A stretch of 64,000 nucleotides of DNA from Roseibacillus sp. (GTDB lineage: Bacteria > Verrucomicrobiota > Verrucomicrobiia > Verrucomicrobiales > Akkermansiaceae): the NCBI GenBank assembly GCA_051251855.1, contig JBPOGI010000001.1:896001-960000 (forward strand). The letters run 5' to 3'. A program made the position numbers and the translations under genes. Below, one piece after another: positions 30,469-41,315 of the stretch. The first letter of the stretch is position 1; each line of letters begins with the position of its first letter. Below the pieces are notes generated by a model that was not told where the DNA came from, did no database searches, and worked only from the letters and a program-made list of their open reading frames with translations.

Positions 30469-31608
30469 CTAGGATTCGAGATGAAACTTCAGCTGAGGAG
30501 TATAGAGATCGGGTTCGAGAAGAAAGGAGTCATGACCCTTGTCCGAGTGGACGGTGAGGTGGGTGACGGCGACCTTTGCTTTCTCGAGGTCTGCGACGAG
30601 CTCGGCTTGTTCCTCAGGATAGAAGCAGAAATCGGAGTCGATAGAGAAAACGAGAAACTGGTGTCCTGCTTCCTGCGAAGGTGCAAAGAGAGCCACCTCG
30701 TCCTCGGCTTCGGCTTCGGTAAAGGCATTGTATGAGGACCACATGTCAGCGATGCGCAGGTAGGTGTTGGCGTCGAATCGCTGGGTGAACTTTTTCCCCT
30801 GATGTAGCATGTAGGACTGGAATGGGTCAGTGACGCCATACCAAGAAAGCATTTCTTTCTCGGGGACGATTTCGCGCTTAGCTCGGCGCTCGAAGGCATC
30901 GATGTGAACAAAGGTTTTGTGCGAAATCATGCGGGCTAATGCGAGTCCGAGATTAGGTAGGCCGGAATCGTAGTAATCGCCGCCATTGAAATAGGGGTCA
31001 TTCTCAATGGCGAGAATTTGTTCGAAGAGAAGGAGCCGGTTGAGAATGGTATTCTTGTATGATGAGGCTAACGAGACCACCTTTTTAACTCTTTGTGGAA
31101 AGATGTTGGCAAAGGTGAGCGCACAGAGTCCGCCGACGGAGGGCCCGATAATGGCGTGAAGAGTCTCTACTTCGAATTGATCGAGTAGGGCTGCTGCAAA
31201 CCGCGCTTGGTCTCCTACTGTGACTCGAGGAAACTGGGAACCGTAGGGTCTTCCTGTCTCGGGATTCTCAGAGGCGGGTCCGGTGGAGCCGTAGCAGCCG
31301 CCAAGATAGTTGGGAGCTAGAACGCAGAAGCGGTCGGTGTCGATAGCTTTACCCGAGCCGATAAAGTCGTTCCACCAGCCATCGTACAATTCGTCATTGA
31401 AGAGAGGAACGGTAGGAATGCCTTGATTGAGTCCGGCCGCGTGATGGGAACCGGACAGGGCGTGAAAGAGGAGGATGACATTGGAACGGTCTGCGTTCAT
31501 CTCGCCGTATTGCTCGTATGCAATTCGCGGAGACGAGAGCACAGTGCCGCTCGCGACTTGGAATTGGTCGAGCTGGCAGAATTTGGTTGAGACGGGTTCG
31601 TTGGTCAC
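30469..31608 (-). CDS. metX: Homoserine O-acetyltransferase
   Basis: HALSG, GGCYGSTGP, GPSVGG nucleophile, RFDANTY, GHDSFLL. Confidence 0.9.
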   Translation of the reverse strand: MTNEPVSTKFCQLDQFQVASGTVLSSPRIAYEQYGEMNADRSNVILLFHALSGSHHAAGLNQGIPTVPLFNDELYDGWWNDFIGSGKAIDTDRFCVLAPNYLGGCYGSTGPASENPETGRPYGSQFPRVTVGDQARFAAALLDQFEVETLHAIIGPSVGGLCALTFANIFPQRVKKVVSLASSYKNTILNRLLLFEQILAIENDPYFNGGDYYDSGLPNLGLALARMISHKTFVHIDAFERRAKREIVPEKEMLSWYGVTDPFQSYMLHQGKKFTQRFDANTYLRIADMWSSYNAFTEAEAEDEVALFAPSQEAGHQFLVFSIDSDFCFYPEEQAELVADLEKAKVAVTHLTVHSDKGHDSFLLEPDLYTPQLKFHLES

Positions 31609-31668
31609 AGGTGAAAGGGAAATTTGAACGGAATCGGTGCGGAAAGACAGTCTTTGTTTTGAGTGAAA

Positions 31669-32406
31669 CTAGTAGGCGTTACGCAATGCAAAAATCTCTA
31701 CATCGACTCCAGGGCTGTAAAGTGCGGAAACAGGAGCTTGCGAGGGCTCTGGAAATTGATTCCAAGTGAAGGGAAGAAGAGAGGGGGCTTCGCAATGAGC
31801 ATTTTGAAAGGGATAGGGCCGGTGGTGGACTTGTCCGATTTTGACTTTCCCCGCTTTGTTTGTGGAAAAAAGGAGGTAGCGTTCGAGGAGAAAGAACTCG
31901 AGAGAGTCCGGGGAGGCGGTGAGACTTTCGCCGATGCCTTCGTAGCGGTAATGGGCGACCTGGTCGGTTTTCTTGCGGCGTGAGCGATAGTCGATGAGTC
32001 CTTCGTTTCTAGGCGCACTCATCTCGGCATGTTGATAGGGAAGGTGAAAGAGATTGCGTGCGATCTCGACGGCGATGGGTTGGTTCGCATCCAAGGAGTA
32101 GAACCAGACGCCTGGGCGGCCTTGATCATCGTAGACGTATGTTCGTAGATTGAGCTCAAGAAACGAAGAGAGGCCGGGGAAGGTGGGGAGAAAGCGGGGA
32201 CGCACCTTTTTCATGAAGAAGGGGACTACTCCAAGGTAAGCATTCTCTTGGAAGGTGTCGAGATGCAGGCCGGGGGGCAAGGTGTCGACGAGTTGTTGGG
32301 CGGGGACTTGCCAGTGAAGGAAGAGAAGGTCGGACCAGCGTTGATACATCACGGGTGAACCCTTAGGTCGTTGACGTGGTTCTTGGCGTTGGCTGGGGGT
32401 TGGCAT
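31669..32406 (-). CDS. DUF2071 (YqjF) family protein
   Basis: QRWSDLLFLHW, ELNLRTYV, GVWFYSLDA, FLLERY. Confidence 0.88.
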   Translation of the reverse strand: MPTPSQRQEPRQRPKGSPVMYQRWSDLLFLHWQVPAQQLVDTLPPGLHLDTFQENAYLGVVPFFMKKVRPRFLPTFPGLSSFLELNLRTYVYDDQGRPGVWFYSLDANQPIAVEIARNLFHLPYQHAEMSAPRNEGLIDYRSRRKKTDQVAHYRYEGIGESLTASPDSLEFFLLERYLLFSTNKAGKVKIGQVHHRPYPFQNAHCEAPSLLPFTWNQFPEPSQAPVSALYSPGVDVEIFALRNAY

Positions 32407-32407
32407 A

Positions 32408-33835
32408 CTACTTCAATGGATCGAAGTCTGAGTCTTCCTCCCTATTGTCATCCTCAGGAATGATGTCTTCGTTGGTTTCGTTAGGCTCGATAGGGGTCTG
32501 AGAATAGAGGTCTTCTTTTTCGGGGTCAGGACCGACGAAGCCGTCATCACTCTCTGATTCGTGCTCATGGTCCTCCTCTTCGAAATCATGATAGGGGTCA
32601 TGGTCCATGCCTTCATGATAGTCATCTTCGGCGTGATCCTCTTCGTCATTGTGAAGATCTTCCAACTCGGTCTCGTCGGGACGGCTAGCGGCACCGGGGG
32701 CGGCTAATAAGCGGGCCATGCGTTCTTTTTCTTCGGCCGCTTCGCGAACGCGCTCCTTCTTGTCCATGAAGTAAGCGAGCCAGATGCAAATCTCGTAGAG
32801 AATATACATGGGGCCGGCGAGGAGGCCGAGGGTGAGGGCGTCGGGAGTTGGGGTGATGATAGCCGCAATGACAACGATGGCGAGAACGGCGTAGGAGCGC
32901 GTGGTGCGCATCATTTCGTAGGAGAGAATGCCCAGTTTGACCAAGGTCATGACTACCACGGGGAGCTCGAAAGCGAGACCAAAGATGAGCACGAACTGGG
33001 TGGCAAAGGAGATGTAGTAACCAATACGCCAGTCGTTCTGAATCCCCATATCCAGAGAGTAGCTGTAGAAGAAATCGAGGACGTTAGGGAGGATGATGAA
33101 GTAGGCGAAAAGAACGCCTGTTAGGAAAAGGAGAAAGCCGATTCCGAGCGCTGGGAAAAGTGCTCGTTGTTCCTTTTTGTGAAGCCCCGGCAGAACGAAT
33201 TGCAGCAGGAAGAACAGGAGGAGAGGGAAGGAAAGGACGAGGGCGGCGAAGAAGGCCAGCTTGACGGAAAGCATGAAGCCTTCGGTCGGGTTGAGAGATT
33301 GCATCAACACCATACGGCCTTTGGCGTTCAGCTCGGCGTTGGGATTGCCCTTGATGAGGGCCTTGAGCTGTTTGCGCTGCTCTTCGGAAACATCAGGAAT
33401 TTTAGAGACGTATTCGGCACGTTGCTTTTTATCGACGGCGAGGGCGATGCGAAAATGAAAGGCCGATTCGACATGGAAGGGGAAATTTTCGTCCTTGGAG
33501 TCGGCATATTTTTGGAAGTGCTGACGTTGGGCGGCGTTGAGTCCAATTGCGTTGTTGGAAATGCTGACCGCTCGTTCCCAAGTCTCGACAGACGGTCGCG
33601 GCTTGAGGTCTTTAAGCGCTTCGTTTTGGGTTTGGGCCCAAACTTGCTCAACGGGGTGACGAATCACGTCCATGAGCTGATTACGAAAGACGTAGCAAAG
33701 AAGCGTGGCAGCGACGAGCGTCAGAATGATCCGCGAGAGCGTGATTCGGAGGTCATCCAAATGGGAGAGGAACGGTTTTTCGGCCTCAGGATTGGATTGG
33801 TCGCGGATTTCAAAAAGCTTCTTGAGAAAAAACAT
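32408..33835 (-). CDS. tatC: Twin-arginine translocase subunit TatC
   Basis: FLSHLDDLR, FVLPGL, FELP, AIITPTPD, LYEICI. Confidence 0.9.
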   Translation of the reverse strand: MFFLKKLFEIRDQSNPEAEKPFLSHLDDLRITLSRIILTLVAATLLCYVFRNQLMDVIRHPVEQVWAQTQNEALKDLKPRPSVETWERAVSISNNAIGLNAAQRQHFQKYADSKDENFPFHVESAFHFRIALAVDKKQRAEYVSKIPDVSEEQRKQLKALIKGNPNAELNAKGRMVLMQSLNPTEGFMLSVKLAFFAALVLSFPLLLFFLLQFVLPGLHKKEQRALFPALGIGFLLFLTGVLFAYFIILPNVLDFFYSYSLDMGIQNDWRIGYYISFATQFVLIFGLAFELPVVVMTLVKLGILSYEMMRTTRSYAVLAIVVIAAIITPTPDALTLGLLAGPMYILYEICIWLAYFMDKKERVREAAEEKERMARLLAAPGAASRPDETELEDLHNDEEDHAEDDYHEGMDHDPYHDFEEEDHEHESESDDGFVGPDPEKEDLYSQTPIEPNETNEDIIPEDDNREEDSDFDPLK

Positions 33836-33956
33836 AGGGTCGTGCCGCGTCGTGCAGGCGGGAACCTAAGAGAGCTTTGGCTCGCTGACCAGCGAGTTTT
33901 CCGACAGGCCTCGAAAACGTTCAGTGAGGCGAAGTGGTATCATCGAAAATAGAGGT

Positions 33957-34571
33957 CTATTCCGACTCCAGGAAGTTCTTGAGCAGTTGTAAGCCAGTGT
34001 GCTGGCTCTTTTCTGGGTGGAATTGGGTGGCAAAGAGGTTTCCTTTACGAACCGAGGAGGCAAAAGGTTGTCCGTAGTCTGTAGTCGAGGCCACGACGCT
34101 AGGGTCGGTCGGGCAAGGGAAATAGGAGTGTACGAAGTAAAAGTAGGGATCGGATTCCAATTCTTTCCAGATGGGGTCATCGGTATGAGTAGGGCAAGCT
34201 GTGTTCCAGCCCATGTGCGGCACTTTGAGGCCTTTCTCTTTAGGGAATTTTTGAACCTTGCCTTGCAGGATGCCGAGTCCGGGGGTGTCCGGGGATTCTT
34301 CGGAACCCTCGAACAAGAGTTGGTAGCCAATGCAGATGCCAAAGAAAGGGCGATCGGCTTGCAACCACTGCTTAAGGGGGTCCACAAGCCCTCGGGACTC
34401 CATGTTTCGCATAGAATCTCCGAAGGAGCCTTGGCCTGGAAAGGCGAGATGGGTCAGCCCTTCGAAATCCTCAGGACAAGCCACCGTCTTAGGGGTGGCT
34501 CCTAAGAATTGTAAGGCTCTGAGCAAGGAACGGAGGTTGCCTCCGCCGTAATCAATGACACCGAGTTCCAT
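33957..34571 (-). CDS. hisH: Imidazole glycerol phosphate synthase subunit HisH
   Basis: DYGGGNL, GICIG, PHMGWN, YFVHSY, QFHPEKS. Confidence 0.95.
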   Translation of the reverse strand: MELGVIDYGGGNLRSLLRALQFLGATPKTVACPEDFEGLTHLAFPGQGSFGDSMRNMESRGLVDPLKQWLQADRPFFGICIGYQLLFEGSEESPDTPGLGILQGKVQKFPKEKGLKVPHMGWNTACPTHTDDPIWKELESDPYFYFVHSYFPCPTDPSVVASTTDYGQPFASSVRKGNLFATQFHPEKSQHTGLQLLKNFLESE

Positions 34572-34576
34572 CGTTG

Positions 34577-35164
34577 TTAGAGGACCGCTTTGGTGCTGGG
34601 AATAGCACCTTCTTGGCGAGGGTCAATGGCGACTGCGGTTCGAAGGGAACGAGCAAGCGCTTTGAAGATGGCTTCGGCAATGTGGTGTCCATCGCGGCCA
34701 GCGAGTAAGTCGACGTGGATGTTGGCTCGTAGGTTCGAAGCCACAGCACGAAAAAATTCTTCCACCAGGGTGAAAGGAAGGTTGGGTGCGGAGGCGGTGT
34801 TGGCCTCGGGATTGAAGGCGAGATAGGGCCGGTTACTTAGGTCGACCACCACGCGAGCGAGGGTCTCGTCCATGGGGACATAAGCGTGACCGTAACGTTG
34901 AATGCCAGCCTTGTTGCCTAGGGCCTCGCGAATGGCGTCGCCGAGGACAATACCAGTATCTTCCACGGTGTGGTGGGCGTCGACCTCGATGTCTCCATCC
35001 ACCGATACTGTTAGGTCGATAAGCGAGTGCTTGGAAAACAGGGTGAGCATGTGGTCGAAAAAAGGGTGACCCGTTTCGATCTTACTGACCCCAGTTCCGT
35101 CTAGATTGAGGGAAAGGTTAATTTTTGTCTCCGCTGTTTCGCGGTTGATGGTGGCTTGGCGCAT
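34577..35164 (-). CDS. hisB: Imidazoleglycerol-phosphate dehydratase
   Basis: FFDHML, DAHHTVED, PMDE, HHIAEAIFKA, PSTK. Confidence 0.95.
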   Translation of the reverse strand: MRQATINRETAETKINLSLNLDGTGVSKIETGHPFFDHMLTLFSKHSLIDLTVSVDGDIEVDAHHTVEDTGIVLGDAIREALGNKAGIQRYGHAYVPMDETLARVVVDLSNRPYLAFNPEANTASAPNLPFTLVEEFFRAVASNLRANIHVDLLAGRDGHHIAEAIFKALARSLRTAVAIDPRQEGAIPSTKAVL

Positions 35165-36328
35165 CTATTCAGAGATATCGGATTCGTCTTGGTCTACGGC
35201 TTCTTCAGCTTCTACGGCTTCGTCTGCACCGGCCTCATCCTGACCTTCTTCCTCAGCAGGAGGAGCGTTGATGGCTGGGTCAAAGCGGTCGATGAGGACA
35301 TTGATCTGAGCTTCCGTCGCCCCTGCTGCTTCCATTGAATCGAGGATGATTTCAAGCTCTTCTTGCTTCTTTTCGCCAGCGGCAATCCATCCTTCGCGGT
35401 GGAGTTTGGCAAGGTCGCCCATATCGGCGATTTCTGCGCTGACTGCAGAAAGGCGCTCACTTTCTTTTTCGAGGTTTTGAATAGTGTCTTCGAGAGATTC
35501 GTAATTGTTCGTGTCGACGGTGAGCCATAGCTGACCTTCTTCCTTTTCTTTTTCCCAAAGTGCTTCGATGACTCTGATACGCTGTTCTTCAGCTTGAATT
35601 GCTCGCTGTCGATCGTTGGCTCCCAACTGGTCGAGCGTGACTGCCCGTCGTTCTTCCCTTTGGGCTGCGTTGTCCAATTCCCGAGAAAGGAGAGCGGCGT
35701 AGTTGGAGACAAGGTTGGACATGATAGGAAGAATTTCGCGATGAGGCCCTGTTCCAAGGTGCAACTCTTCCACCACGCTATATTGACGCAGAGCTGCGAG
35801 GTAAGACCGGCCTTCTACCAAGTTCTTAAACTTCGTTGCCTCAACGCTTGCCGCGATACCGATGGCATCCTTCTCGCGGTCTTCGGCTCTGATGAGACCT
35901 GAGGGCTCAAGAGAGGTCTTAATCCCGCCAGCGGCGATCAATTTACGTTCCTCCTCGAGTTCAGTCAGCATTTTAGAAGCCTTGATTCCTGAGCTGGTTC
36001 GCCGGTGTTCTCTTAAAAAGGCTTTCAGGGTTTTGATTCGGCTGTCGTATCCTGCGAGGTCGAGAAAGGCTGGGGCAGGCGCCAAACCAGCGATTTCCTC
36101 TTCAAAAATGGCGTCTGCTTGGTTGGTTGTTTCTACTTTGACCACGTCAGAGCGCTTCACCGTGCGTGGTTCCTTGATGGATTTGGTGACGTTTACTTCC
36201 AATTTATATTCTTCGGAGTTCTTTTCGAGAATAGTGGCGTCCAGTTTGGTGCCGTCTTTTAAGGTCAGGATATCGGCTGCCGCTGGTAAGGCGAATGCTG
36301 CGAGGAGCGAAGTAGTAAGGACTTTCAT
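35165..36328 (-). CDS. PTPDL-family-like secreted helical protein
   Basis: Signal peptide; DILTLKDGTKL N-terminus and PAPAFL motif resembling verrucomicrobial PTPDL proteins. Confidence 0.6.
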   Translation of the reverse strand: MKVLTTSLLAAFALPAAADILTLKDGTKLDATILEKNSEEYKLEVNVTKSIKEPRTVKRSDVVKVETTNQADAIFEEEIAGLAPAPAFLDLAGYDSRIKTLKAFLREHRRTSSGIKASKMLTELEEERKLIAAGGIKTSLEPSGLIRAEDREKDAIGIAASVEATKFKNLVEGRSYLAALRQYSVVEELHLGTGPHREILPIMSNLVSNYAALLSRELDNAAQREERRAVTLDQLGANDRQRAIQAEEQRIRVIEALWEKEKEEGQLWLTVDTNNYESLEDTIQNLEKESERLSAVSAEIADMGDLAKLHREGWIAAGEKKQEELEIILDSMEAAGATEAQINVLIDRFDPAINAPPAEEEGQDEAGADEAVEAEEAVDQDESDISE

Positions 36329-36501
36329 AGAAGTTGGTGTGTTTCATTGAAATGTCTGCCAAAATTGACGGCACGAAAAGAGGAAATTTGGTCGAGGAAT
36401 CAAATAGAGCCATCCGCCCAAAATTTTCCTGAGAATAGAACCCGCCAAAGTCTTGCGGTGTCTTTCGGTTCTCTTAATGATTTTCTCCTTCACCGATTTT
36501 C

Positions 36502-38481
36502 ATGAGCGCAGAAGAAGAAAAAGACCGCAGCCACGAACACACGAGTCTGGGCGACATGTATAAGGACTACTTTGTCCTCTACTCGAGCTACGTTATTCTC
36601 GAACGAGCTGTGCCCCACCTCTTGGATGGCATGAAGCCTGTGCAGCGCCGGATTCTCCATGCCATGCGGCAAATCGATGATGGACGTTATACCAAGGTGG
36701 CTAACATTGTGGGCGATACCATCAAGTATCACCCCCATGGTGACATGGCGATCAAGGATGCCATTGTGGGCTTGGGGCAAAAGGAGCTGATGATCGATAC
36801 TCAGGGTAACTGGGGCAACATCCTAACGGGTGATCCTGCCGCAGCTGCTCGATACATTGAGGCGCGCTTGACGCCATTTGCACTAGAAGTCGCCTTTAAC
36901 GCCAAGACAACTGAATGGACGCCGAGCTACGATACTCGCAACCAAGAGCCAGTGACCTTGCCCATGAAGTTTCCGCTCCTCTTGGCGCAGGGTGCGGAAG
37001 GAATCGCAGTAGGCTTGGCCTGCAAGATCTTACCTCACAATTTCATCGAGCTCCTCGATGCTTGTATTGCGACTTTGCGAAAGCAGCCTTTCGTGTTGCT
37101 TCCTGACTTTCCGACCGGAGGAGTCTTGGATGCGAGCGATTATCGAGATGGCCTCAGGGGCGGCCGCTTACGGGTGCGCGCCAAAATTGCTATCGAGAAG
37201 GCTCGTCAGTTGCGAATCACCGAGATTCCTTTTGGAACGACTACCAAAGGACTTGCGGAGTCGATCGTGGCGGCCAATGAGAAAGGAAAAATCAAGATTT
37301 CTAAGGTCGAGGACTACACTGCCGCTACGGCTGATATTGTGGTGACTTTGCCGACAGGAATTGATGCCGAGAATGCGCGCGACGCTCTTTTTGCCTTCAC
37401 TGACTGCGAAGTGTCGATCTCACCCAATGCTTGTGTGATCCGCGAAGAGAAGCCGGCCTTTATTGGAGTAAGTGAAATCCTGCGTGCTTGCGCGGGGCGG
37501 ACCAAAGATTTGTTGGAAATGGAATTGCAGATTCGTCTCGGCGAGCTGCAGGAGAAATGGCACTTCAGTTCCCTTGAGAAAATTTTCATCGAGAATCGAA
37601 TCTACCGTGATATCGAGGAATGCACCACTTGGGAGGCTGTGATCGAGGCAATTGACAAGGGCTTAGATCCCTTTAAAAAGCTTCTACGTCGAGAGGTGAC
37701 GCGAGATGATATTACTCGACTGACCGAAATTAAAATCAAGAGAATCTCCAAATACGATGCCTTCAGAGCGGATGAGGAGATCAAGGGGTTTGAGGACTCG
37801 ATAGATGAGGTCGAAAAGAACCTACGCAATCTCACTCGTTATGCGGTGCGCTATTTCGAAAACCTCAAGAAAAAGTATGGCAAGGGGCGCGAGCGTCGCA
37901 CCGAGCTGGTCGAGCTTGAAACCGTTAATCGTTCCCAAGTGGTTGCCATTACCGAGACCCTCTTTTTGGATCGTAAGAATGGTTTTGCGGGGTGGGGGTT
38001 GAAGAAAGAGGAGTCCATTGCCAAGTGCTCGCGGATGGACGACGTATTGACGATCTTGCCAGATGGGAAAATGCAGGTGAGTAAAATCACCGAGAAAGCC
38101 TTTGTTGGAAAGAGGCCGCAGCACATCGCTATCTTTCGTAAGGATGAAGAGAAGATCTATTCTATCATCTACCGCGAAGGCCGCGATGGCCCAACCCTCG
38201 CCAAGCGATTCCGCATTGGAGGAGTTACTCGTGATAAAGAATATCCTCTGGGCAAGGGCGGTCCTGGGACGCGGATTCTCTATTTTGCCGTTCATGACAA
38301 CGAAGAGGAAAGCGCGGCCAACACGGTCTTAGTGCATCTCAAAGAGCAGCTTCGCCTTCGGAATCTATCGCGGCCATTTCACTTTGGTGAGATCGCAATC
38401 AAGGGCCGAGGAGTGCGTGGAAACGTGGTGACGAAACATCAGGTAGACCGGATTGTCAGGGCCCCAAAAGAATCTGATTAA
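36502..38481 (+). CDS. parC: DNA topoisomerase IV subunit A (GyrA/ParC family)
   Basis: DGMKPVQRR, YHPHGD, AAARYIE (catalytic Tyr), GIAVG, PDFPTGG; short C-terminal domain without a GyrA box. Confidence 0.85.
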   Translation: MSAEEEKDRSHEHTSLGDMYKDYFVLYSSYVILERAVPHLLDGMKPVQRRILHAMRQIDDGRYTKVANIVGDTIKYHPHGDMAIKDAIVGLGQKELMIDTQGNWGNILTGDPAAAARYIEARLTPFALEVAFNAKTTEWTPSYDTRNQEPVTLPMKFPLLLAQGAEGIAVGLACKILPHNFIELLDACIATLRKQPFVLLPDFPTGGVLDASDYRDGLRGGRLRVRAKIAIEKARQLRITEIPFGTTTKGLAESIVAANEKGKIKISKVEDYTAATADIVVTLPTGIDAENARDALFAFTDCEVSISPNACVIREEKPAFIGVSEILRACAGRTKDLLEMELQIRLGELQEKWHFSSLEKIFIENRIYRDIEECTTWEAVIEAIDKGLDPFKKLLRREVTRDDITRLTEIKIKRISKYDAFRADEEIKGFEDSIDEVEKNLRNLTRYAVRYFENLKKKYGKGRERRTELVELETVNRSQVVAITETLFLDRKNGFAGWGLKKEESIAKCSRMDDVLTILPDGKMQVSKITEKAFVGKRPQHIAIFRKDEEKIYSIIYREGRDGPTLAKRFRIGGVTRDKEYPLGKGGPGTRILYFAVHDNEEESAANTVLVHLKEQLRLRNLSRPFHFGEIAIKGRGVRGNVVTKHQVDRIVRAPKESD

Positions 38482-38796
38482 TTCACTTGAACACCTGTTC
38501 GGATGTGTTAATGTCTTTCGCATGACAACATTCAAATGGAGGCTTCGTTTATGGTGGGTAAAAATGCGAGTAGGTATTCTCAAGAAGCGGTTAGTAGCGA
38601 TTCAGCGCAAGATGGCGGGGCGCGAGCGACAATTTTTGGCAACGCAACTTGACCTACCGTTGCGCGGATAGGTTCGATTCATCTGAGATACGATGACTCA
38701 ATAAGGCCGTTCCTGTCGTCCCTTGTGAATTTAGGGGTGGCAGGAACGTATTTGACTGTTTATAACCCTTGGAGGTTGGAACAATTCGGAGCAATT

Positions 38797-41280
38797 TTGA
38801 AGAAAAGCGGTCTTAAATATCGGACGTTTCAGTCGTCCATGGTCTCGATAGTGGTGGGCAGTCTCGCGACTGGGCTTTCGGGGCAATCAGTGATGCAGCA
38901 AGAGCTTGAGCGCCGTCGCGATAGTGTGATTGCGGCTGAAGAGGCGATCATGGCAGGTGACGAGGCCTACCAGAGCTCGTCTTTTCAAGATGCGGTAGTG
39001 AAGTATCGTCAGGCGTATGCGGCCATTCCTGCGGGAGATAAAACTGACAAATTTCGAGATGCGGCAAAGGAGCGCTACGCTCAGGCTGCGGTACAGGCTG
39101 CTCGGGTCATGAACCGACAGGGTGATCGTGATGGGGCGATTGCTTTGGTCGATGAGGTGCTGGGCGAGACAGGTTTCCCTGATTATTTCCCTGCGCAGAA
39201 GCTTCGTGCTCAATTGGATGACCCCATTCGGACCAATCCTGCAGCGACCAAGGAGCACGGGCAAAAAATTGATGAAGTCCGTCGTCTTCTTTATCTAGCG
39301 GAAGGTTTTTTCAATTTGGGTGATTTCGATAAATCCATTGCGACTTACCAGAAGGTCCTTCAAGTCGATCCTTATAATAAAGCTGCTCGACGTGGTATGG
39401 AGCGCGGAAATGCGAAAATTTCAGATTATGCTGATGCTGCGCGAGACCACACTCGGGCCGAACTCTTGTCGCAAGTAGGTTCCCAGTGGGAATTGAAGAA
39501 GAACGAGAAGAATCTGGTTTTGAACAATGGTGTTGTGGAGGACAGACTTCTTGAGGGAAACAGGAGTCGAATTTCTCAGAAACTAGACAGCATCGTTATC
39601 CCTTTTATTGATTTTGATGACTCTACGTTGGAGGATGCAATCGAGTTTTTGCAGGGACGGTCTCGGTCTTTGGACACCGAGATTGTTGAGGAGAATAAGG
39701 GGGTTGATTTCGTCCTCAATATGGGCCGAGGAAATTCACCTGAAATCGAGAAGATTTTATCACGAACATTTTCTCTTCAGTTGAGGAATGTGCCACTTCG
39801 TCAAGTGCTTGACCTAGTAACCCGTCAAACTGGGACCATCTTTCGGGTCGATCGTTTTGCGGTAGTCGTTCAGCCTGCTGGAGGCGCGACTGATGACTTG
39901 CTCATTCGTCGTTATAGTGTGCCGCCGAATTTTCTAAGCCAAGCGTCGTCCGGTGGCGGCGGAGATGGCTTAGATCCGTTTGCTGATTCCGATGATTCAG
40001 CTGCGAGATTGGCGCCTCGTCTATCTGCCCGACAGTTTCTTGAGCAGCAGGGTATTCCTTTTCCTGATGGCGCAAGCGCGAGCTTTAATTCTAGCAATGC
40101 CGAGTTGACTGTGAAGACGACTTCCATCGGTCACGACGATGTTCAACAACTCGTTGACGCGGAGAACATGAAGGAGCCAGTTTCGGTGATTATTGAAACG
40201 AGAATTGTCAGTATTTTAGAGGAAAACTTAGAAGAATTGGATTTTGATAGTGCCCTTCAATCTCTGGCAGATAACGGTCAATTCCGGTTTTCTGGTGGCA
40301 CTGTTGGTAATGCTAGGGAAAGTGATTTTATCGGTGGGCAGCCAGTAACGGCTGGTCTTCGTAGTGGCGATTTCTCAACAGGTATTGATCCTATAAACCA
40401 GATTTTGCAGCGTGAGAGTCGTGAAATTCCTACCATAACAACAGGTTTCGATGGCACTTCGGCATCTTCTGGCATTGCGGAGGGTAGTAGTACGCCAGCT
40501 CTAGCTTCTGCACCCGGTATCTTGTCGGTTGTTGGTCAAGCTAACGATTTAGGTGTTTCGGCGCTGATGAGGGGTTTGCAACAGAAGAAGGGAGTGAGTA
40601 TTATGTCAAAGCCTTCGGTGATTACTCGTTCTGGTCAACAGGCAACGATTGAGTCTGCTCGCGAATTTATTTATCCAACCGAGTATGAACCACCCGAAGT
40701 TCCTAATAGTATCGGAAACGTTACCCTCATCGACTTAGTCAATAATGAGACGTTTGAACCGAGCACTTTTTTTGCTACCCCGTCGCATCCCACAGCCTTC
40801 GAAACAAGGAAGATTGGCACCGTTCTAGAAGTGCAGCCCACGGTAAGTGCAGACCGAACTTATACTGACCTAGCCTTTAATTTGAGACTCGATGACTTCA
40901 TTGGCTTCATTAACTACGGTGAACCAATTCGGGGAGGAAGCACTCAAGGGGATTTCGGTTTTGACGATGACTTCAATTTCTTAGGAATTGTGACGAGTTC
41001 CCAAGAGGGTGAGGTCACTCCAAACGATATTCTTATGCCTCTTTTCACCTCAACCGGATTGAAGACGAATGTGTCAGTGGCCACGGGGTCAACACTTGTG
41101 GTTGGAGGGATCGTGAGCGAGCGGGTTGAGGATGTGCAAGATAAGGTGCCCCTTCTAGGGAGTATTCCCTTACTAGGTAAGTTGTTCACTTCAGAAGCCT
41201 TGCGTCGGGAAAAACGTTTGGTGATGGTCTTTGTGACGGTTCGTATTGTTGACCCTGCTGGGAATCCGGTTCAGAACTAA
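38797..41280 (+). CDS. Secretin (Amuc_1098-like type IV pilus/T2SS outer-membrane protein) with TPR N-terminus
   Basis: TPR-like repeats; PSVITRSGQ, EFIYPTEY, DKVPLLGSIPLLGKLF; TTG start 38797 inferred. Confidence 0.88.
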   Translation: MKKSGLKYRTFQSSMVSIVVGSLATGLSGQSVMQQELERRRDSVIAAEEAIMAGDEAYQSSSFQDAVVKYRQAYAAIPAGDKTDKFRDAAKERYAQAAVQAARVMNRQGDRDGAIALVDEVLGETGFPDYFPAQKLRAQLDDPIRTNPAATKEHGQKIDEVRRLLYLAEGFFNLGDFDKSIATYQKVLQVDPYNKAARRGMERGNAKISDYADAARDHTRAELLSQVGSQWELKKNEKNLVLNNGVVEDRLLEGNRSRISQKLDSIVIPFIDFDDSTLEDAIEFLQGRSRSLDTEIVEENKGVDFVLNMGRGNSPEIEKILSRTFSLQLRNVPLRQVLDLVTRQTGTIFRVDRFAVVVQPAGGATDDLLIRRYSVPPNFLSQASSGGGGDGLDPFADSDDSAARLAPRLSARQFLEQQGIPFPDGASASFNSSNAELTVKTTSIGHDDVQQLVDAENMKEPVSVIIETRIVSILEENLEELDFDSALQSLADNGQFRFSGGTVGNARESDFIGGQPVTAGLRSGDFSTGIDPINQILQRESREIPTITTGFDGTSASSGIAEGSSTPALASAPGILSVVGQANDLGVSALMRGLQQKKGVSIMSKPSVITRSGQQATIESAREFIYPTEYEPPEVPNSIGNVTLIDLVNNETFEPSTFFATPSHPTAFETRKIGTVLEVQPTVSADRTYTDLAFNLRLDDFIGFINYGEPIRGGSTQGDFGFDDDFNFLGIVTSSQEGEVTPNDILMPLFTSTGLKTNVSVATGSTLVVGGIVSERVEDVQDKVPLLGSIPLLGKLFTSEALRREKRLVMVFVTVRIVDPAGNPVQN

Positions 41281-41315
41281 ATCGCTGGCCTTGTATCAGG
41301 TTGGCTCCACCAGAG

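Noticed and set aside
31609..31668. SAM riboswitch upstream of metX
   Set aside because: Only ~60 bp, with no recognisable aptamer
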